A DNA stretch of 64,000 nucleotides. It comes from Eledone cirrhosa (Eukaryota). A program made the position numbers and the translations under genes. Positions within the stretch are counted from its first letter, which is position 1, and each line of letters begins with the position of its first letter. The notes under the pieces were generated by a model, which was not told the DNA's origin, did not search any database, and worked only from the letters and a program-made list of their open reading frames with translations. Where the stretch lies: the NCBI GenBank assembly GCA_964016885.1, contig OZ024752.1, positions 11,594,001 to 11,658,000 on the forward strand, read 5' to 3'. Positions 57,287 through 64,000 of this stretch are shown here, in pieces.

Positions 57287-57558
57287 CAGACCTGTCAACT
57301 CTCCCCGTCCGTTGGGAAGAACTCCCACCCACTATGGGGCGACTAAGAGATGTCTTCTCTTGCGAAAATGGGTATCACTTTTCATTACTAGTTTGAAAAA
57401 AAATAATAAACAACCTTCGGCCTCCAGGACGAGTGGTAGATTTTTGAGATTTATTTTAGGGGGAAAGCAGCGTCTTCGACGCCGAGAAATACGGTATGTA
57501 AAATCTCCCCATTTTGCCGCATTTCTCCCCGTTTGGGTTTTTAGAGGTTGACAGTCTG
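57287..57558. mobile_element. hAT-like MITE with nested Tc2-MITE fragment (about 57390-57494)
   Basis: CAGACCTGTCAAC / GTTGACAGTCTG termini. The insert interrupts the TTCATTA-TGTAAAATCTCC seen intact at about 20082. Confidence 0.7.
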
Positions 57559-57598
57559 TTGTATCTATATTGGAAACCAATCAGTATTTTAATGATAA

Positions 57599-57789
57599 GG
57601 GCGGTGGATTGGCAATGTCGGTAGAGCGTCGGATGCCATGCTTTGTAGTATAGAGTTATGGTCCCTTACGGTCTGATTTCAAATCCCGCCGAGGTTAACT
57701 TTGCCTCTATCCTTACAGGGTCGATAAAATAAAGTACCAGTAATGCACTGGGATAATTGCTGGCCTTGTGCCAAAAGTAGAAACAATTA
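57599..57789 (+). mobile_element. SINE family A
   Basis: Full-length match. Confidence 0.9.
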
Positions 57790-58816
57790 TATTTAAGAAT
57801 ATTAATGTTTAATCAAGAGTTATGTTTAATGTTTAATCAAAAAAGAATGAAAGAAGAAAAAGAATGGGAAGATGAGGGGATGGCAAGAACTCTGGTATCA
57901 CAGAAAAGAGGGGGTAAAGGGGAGGGTGATTGGGCTTTGGGCCTAGGTCAAGGGGGCAGAAGTGCTGCGCCCCGCTGACAAGACGGCAAAAGCATTCCCT
58001 CAGACGATGTTCAGTGACACCCGCTGCAACAGCCACCCAACGTCGCGGAGCTCCTTCCTCAGACGGACCGTCGACGGTCCTGTCTTGCAGAGGAGCTCGG
58101 CAATACGGGGTCTAAGTACACTTGAGGTTTCGACGGCCACCGGTGCGAAGGGGAAGCAGCCGAGCAGTCTCCAGTATTTATTTATTTTATATTATTCTGC
58201 GAGGCAGAAACTTCCTACGGTTATAATTTCTGATACGATTCTACTATCATTATCCACTTCATTATTTTATACAAGTTATCATTTGTCTCAAAACATACAT
58301 TATCTAGATTATTGTGCATAATCATAAATGAAATAAACAACGAAATTATTCTAATTATTTCACCGAAATTAAACAGATCAATATCAATTATACCAGCAAG
58401 TAGAAAATTTAGCAAATTCTGTTCACTCATCTATTTTCCTATCAGATTTGAATATTGTCTGAACTTCCTCTATTCAATACTACTGAGAGAAATATTTGCT
58501 TCATAATAACAATATTCGACAAATCGGAACAAGCTTAACAAGTTAAATGTGAAAGATATGTGAATGTCTTAGTGTGTGTTCAAACTCCGGATATTACATA
58601 ATGGTTGTAAGATATACGTTAAAGTAAGTCAGTTGTTTGATCAACAGAACTTCTTACTCATTAAATTATAACGTAAGAAGGTAGATATTCAAAGGAGACT
58701 TCTAACCTTAACGTAGATTCTCATACAGTATCGATTTAGTTCAGTGTGAAACAAAGCTGGACATTACGGTTATATTTGTCTGCTTTCGTTCTGTAAGCAT
58801 TGTATTATTATATTAA

Positions 58817-59206
58817 GGACGGGGGATTGGTATCAGTAGAAGGTCGGACGCCATGCTTTGCAGCATAGAGTTACGCCCCTTTATGGTGTGAGTTCAAATC
58901 TCGCCGAGGTTCACTTTGCCTTTCATCCTTACGGGGTCGATAAAATAAAGTACTAGTAATGTACTGGGTAATTGCTGGCCTTGTACCAAAAGTAGAAACA
59001 ATTATTATATTTCTTTTGGGTGGTGGATTGGCAGTATCGGTAGAGGGTCGGACGCCATGCTTTGCAGCATAGAGTTACGTCCCTTTACGGTCTGAGTTCA
59101 AATCCCGCCGAGGTTAACTTTGCCTTTCATCCTTACGAGGTCGATAAAATAAGGTACTAGTAATGCACTGGGTAATTGCTGCCCTTGTACCAAAGTAGAA
59201 ACAATT
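58817..59206 (+). mobile_element. Two tandem SINE family A copies between direct repeats of about 110 bp (58661-58770 and 59205-59312)
   Basis: TTAAATTATAACGTAAGA..GCTGGACATTACGG is duplicated. Confidence 0.85.
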
Positions 59207-60676
59207 AAATTATAACGTAAGAGGGTAGATATTCTAAGGAAACTTCTAACCTTAACGTAGATTCTCACGTAATATCAGTTTGGTTCAGTGTGTAACAAAG
59301 CTGGACATTACGGATATATTTAATTCAATAAACCTCTATAGGGTATGTCAACTCCATTTTGCTCACCACATTAGAGTCGGCCTAGCGTTATGTCCAAAGG
59401 TGCTAATCAAACACGCCAAGCAATGGGATTGAGGTTGATACATCATGATTTAGAAGTGAATTCTTAATTATTCGGCTATACCTGCGTCCAAAGTATATAT
59501 CTAGGATTATAAAAAGAGAATGTTAAGTCCTGAAATATTAGGACGAAAGAAACAACAGCAAAAAAAAAAGATCATCAGGTAACTAACTTTTTCGTTACTT
59601 TCATCTTACATTCCATTTTGCCTTGTTTAACTTTATATACCTACCACATTATATATCTATGAGTTTCAGATAAAATATTCTGTCGCCGATACGATTAAAG
59701 TTCAATAAATCAGTCAATGAACAAGTATAGTTAAAGTTTGTTATTAGACTTAGAAAGAAAGATTGTAAACTTTGAATATACATTGAAGTAATATATACTT
59801 CAACAAATATTGTGGTGTAATTTAAGACAATCACATCTGTAGACCTATCAACTCTCTCTGTCCGATGGGAATATATATATATATAATACATTATAAAGAA
59901 AGAAGAAACATTAGATATAAATAAAAAGATATAATATACCTAAATTCCTTCATTATCCTCGACTACGTAGTTTCATGGCTATTATGCAAAAACATTACAT
60001 CATAGAGATGCAGTATTTTTGTGAGGTTTGCCGACTTATCAAAAGGATACCTCATTTAGAGTTTCAAAACACGTCCGTAGGACGTGAGATAGAATCCCGA
60101 AAGGCGGAGAGGGAACTTATCACGTGATACAGCGGTCAAGAAACAGTGCTAAGCCTCTTACAACCAAGAGAAAAATACCACAAAAGGCGGAGGAGGTATT
60201 TATGTCAAGGCCGTAGAAAAGTTGGCTAGGAGGGCGAGAGTGTGATTAGCGTAAGCTTAACAGCAGTCACTATACTTCAGCGGTTACTCTACCTTAGGGA
60301 GTTATAAACAATATGTGGGTATATGCATGTATATGTATGTATTCGCATGTGTCTGTGTATTTCTTTGTATTGTTTATATATATATATATATATTAAAATA
60401 ACAGATTAAAGTTTAATCTGTTATTTTAATAAATATTTGCTCTAGGGTTCTTATATATTTGATATATATTTATCCTTATCGAGCCCTCTTTGGATTTTAG
60501 TCTTCAAATTTATTATTATTATTATTATTATCATTATTATTATTATCATTATTATTATTGTTGTTATTCCTTGAATCTCAGTCATTGATGTTGGTTAACT
60601 GGAAAGTCCGTTGGATTGAATATCAAGCCACTACCTGCAGCCTCAGATATTCAGGACGTATCGGAGGGTTCTTGCA

Positions 60677-60747
<71 letters not shown>

Positions 60748-60905
60748 GATTCGTGCTCTGAAATAGTGATGTATACATGAATGTATGTATAGTATATTTG
60801 GCAATATACCGTATGTTTAATTAAAAACATTTAGAAGACCATACGCTATCGGTTTTAAAGTAGTGACTATGTCACTTATTTCTTTTCGGCGAAAGAAGGG
60901 AGAGA

Positions 60906-60946
60906 AGCTAACAGTCTGTTTCACGCTGGTTGGCATTCATCAGAGC
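60906..60946 (-). ncRNA. Minimal hammerhead motif (family of 15349-15388)
   Basis: GCU-CUGAUGA-AUGC.caacca.GCGU-GAAA-CAGACUG-UU-AGC. Confidence 0.65.
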
Positions 60947-60961
60947 CACGTACTCCCCTGC

Positions 60962-61001
<40 letters not shown>

Positions 61002-61194
61002 CAATTTAGAAATTAAAAATTAAAAAATATATGATCAACACTACTGTGTTTTTTTTGCAAAATGACAATAATTTTTTAGCCAGATAGAAATACCTTAATT
61101 CAAGTACATATAGTCCGTCTGTATCGATCTAGAGAATTTTAAATATTAAATCTATACTTACAGACGTTATATATATATATATATATATATATAT

Positions 61195-61390
61195 CAAACG
61201 TGTCAACTCTCCCTGTCCGACAGAGACATCTCCCATCCACTTTGGGGTTGGTGTGAGATGTCTTATCTTGTCAAAATGGGTATAGTTTTCGTTATATAAA
61301 ATCTCCCCATTTTGCCTCAATTCTCCCAGTTTTGGGGGCTCTTTTTTTCATGCTATTCCCTGCTTGGGTCTTTAGAGGTTGGCAGGTCTG
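61195..61390. mobile_element. hAT-like MITE (family of 57287-57558)
   Basis: Shared interior and inverted termini. Confidence 0.65.
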
Positions 61391-61457
61391 CATCTGGCAT
61401 ATTTAATCTTTGATATTTATACACCAATGAATTCGAAATAAGTAAACCATGTTGTGA

Positions 61458-61600
61458 AGACGCATGGCTTAGTGGTTAGAGCATTGGGCTTGCAATCGAA
61501 AGGTTGTGAGTTCAATTCTCGGACCGGGTGATGTGTTGTTTCCTTGAGCAAGACACTTTACTTCACATTGCTCCAGTTTACTCAGCTGTAGAAATGAGAT
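61458..61600 (+). mobile_element. SINE family B (CORE-type)
   Basis: TGGCTTAGTGGTTAGAGC..GAGTTCAATTC..CCTTGAGCAAGACACTTTA..CTCAGCTGTAGAAATG. Confidence 0.85.
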
Positions 61601-62689
61601 GATAGGGACTGGGGTCCCTATCATTAAATCACCCACGACACCTCCAACGAGATATACCTTGGAGGAGGCCAGCTAAACCTGCATAGGTGTAAGCTGCAAC
61701 AACAACAACAAAACCCTGTTAGAGACATGTATTCAGTCCTGTATTTGTATCCCATGTAAAGCAGGGAAGGGGACCACCCAAGATGAACTGGTGGCAGTAG
61801 ATGGACTGGGACCTGAATTATGTCAGCAAACGTTGAAACGATGTATTAATATATGCATATGACCGAGGCCATTCGAACCTTTTGGCCATCTCATGCGTCT
61901 CAAGACACCGGAACTTCCAAGACTAAGTAAGTAAGAAGGAAATAGTAAATATATTGCTGCCATCGAAAGAGATTTGGCGTAGAAAGATATTAAAAGCTTG
62001 GCGAGAAGTTTTAAAGAAATGTTTAAATGTGAAGAATATCTGCTATCATAAAAATGGACGTGACAACGTGAAGAGATGTTTTGCAAATGAAATATATTGC
62101 TAATGGAGGGTTACAATATTCTATACACATTTATCATATATATAATGGCATTAGTATTGTGCTTTAGTAGATATCTTTCTGTCGAACACTTTACACACAC
62201 ACATATATATATATATATTTATTAAAATAACAGTTTTACGTCGGAGATTGTCGGACGGGAGAGTGACTACACACAGTACCGAAGTAGAATATAAATATCC
62301 ATTTATTATGGCTAAGTGGTGAAACTTCGGGGTAACAAGGTTGAACACTTAGCCATGATAAATATGTGTATATATATGGGTATATGGGAGTGAAAGGCCC
62401 CCACTTGTTGTAAAAACACCTTTTTAGGAGAGGAAAACTCTGTAAAAATATACCTGCGGCTTCAGAGTATCCGATGATGTTGACCAGTTTTCCTTTTCAG
62501 GTAGTGTCTTCGATGCTCAGAGAGTGGGATTGGTCCAGTGCAAGGCCTTTCCCCACTTAATAAAACCTTCAAAGCACAGGCATTGCTTGTTCAGGATATG
62601 TTACAGGTTTGTGTGACTGGCCGTAGCCTAAAAGTGCACCAAACTCTATAATCTGACAAACGATTGCAATACTCTTAGCAGAGTTTGCA

Positions 62690-62717
<28 letters not shown>

Positions 62718-62727
<10 letters not shown>

Positions 62728-63335
62728 GAGAATGTCTGCCTGTCTGACTCCCTAAAACTTGAGAACCACCCAACTGATTGTTTTCAAACTTTACACATGT
62801 AATACTTATTGTCCTGTGAGTGTTTTGAGCAAAATAAATTTCGAATTTTCAATGCCCTAGGGACCGCATTAGGCGATTTAGCGATCTCTCTCTATAATTC
62901 TTAATCTTTCTTTTTAGATAGATACATAGATATAACGTTGCGCCCTTATAATATCTGTCTGTATGTCTGGCTGTTTGCATTACGACATTATGACGCTATA
63001 TGTGTGCGTGTGTGTGTATATATATATAGTGTGTGTATATATATATAGTGTGTAACGTTTTTCGAAATATTTACTTTTGCATTCACAGATTGATTTTTTT
63101 TAGTTTCAGAAGATCCCGTCAAGGGTGAAAGCAGCGATTCTTTGCTTAAACTTTAATCTGTTATTTTAATATATATATATATATATATATATTCGTGTAC
63201 AGATATTTTTTTGCATGAACAATAACAAAATATAAACAAACGTATTTATTTCACGAGGCTCGATAAGAATAAATATATATCCAATATATAAGAACCCTAG
63301 AGCAAATCCCGAGCAACTCCGGGCCATTCTGCTAG
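62718..63335 (+). mobile_element. Non-autonomous Helitron
   Basis: 5' TATATAAAACAGAGAATGTCTGCCTGTCTG resembles the 55224 start; 3' hairpin CCCGAGCAACTCCGGG followed by CTAG|T. Confidence 0.7.
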
Positions 63336-64000
63336 TATATTTATATCAGTCAAATCATTCTCTAATCATACTCGAACGTTATTAGATAAACGGCTACCTT
63401 GACTAATATATTTCCTGATAATCACGACTAGAATACCTTTCATTATAGCCTCGTTTGATCACCCCGAGCTAGAACTACCTAATAGCCAAGTATACTGTCA
63501 GGCAATGCTCACTGTGCAAGAAATAGCAGCCATATTTCCATTAAATTTCATCCTACCGTCATATGTTATTCTAGTCAGGGACTGTACTTTCTGACGGATG
63601 TGACCAAAAAATAGGTGCTTTTGTTCCTTTGAATTCCATATCAGTATTTCCATATGCAACCTTGCAAATATTACACACACATTCTCTCTCTCCCTCACGC
63701 ACACACACACACACACATATATATATATAATATAACTTAGGTAAGTTTTGGCCTGTATTGGCCCAGGCCATATCTAACTTAATAGCACCACCTGGCGAAG
63801 TCTGTCAAATCAGGATTTGGACACCATGTCACACTTAAGTATAGGGTTAATGTTTACTGAGACATATCCGGGTATATATATATATATATATATATAAGAA
63901 TTAAAATACTAGAGTGTGTTGGATTTAAACACCCTCTTCTTATTATAGAAATGACAGTAAAGGTATAGCTCAATGTAATTAAACAGAGCCGAAGAATTAT

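Noticed and set aside
61823-63716. Short ORFs with FGHLMR/FFGHIR-like motifs (about 61870-62050 +, 63500-63660 -)
   Set aside because: They are probably very old LINE 3' remnants, too degraded to delimit or call as genes.

Overview
This is AT-rich eukaryotic (metazoan) intronic or intergenic DNA. The SINE families resemble those I recall from octopod cephalopods, so the organism is an inference. There is no complete host gene; at most there is a small spliced coding end near 761-1051. Most ORFs in the track are microsatellite artefacts. The window is a mosaic of (TA)n, (CA)n and (CATA)n microsatellites, four minisatellite arrays (43, 46, 35 and 48 bp units) and many transposon remnants. These include an internally deleted mariner, Tc1/Tc2 and hAT MITEs, non-autonomous Helitrons (one retaining a PIF1-type helicase tail), three tandem R4/Dong-like RLE retrotransposon pieces each sitting in (CATA)n, and RTE and Vingi-like LINE ends. 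There are also more than 20 tRNA-derived SINEs of two families, a 5S rRNA pseudogene and a Penelope-like GIY-YIG fragment. The most striking hidden structure is a set of fold-back (inverted) Penelope-like remnants inserted in (TA)n tracts. They carry several unrelated families of hammerhead ribozyme motifs, including a fully paired one in both orientations (38732-38813 and 39081-39162) and a compensatory U3-A8 core variant (32940-32986 and 34727-34773). All folds and alignments were done by eye, and coordinates of degraded elements are approximate.
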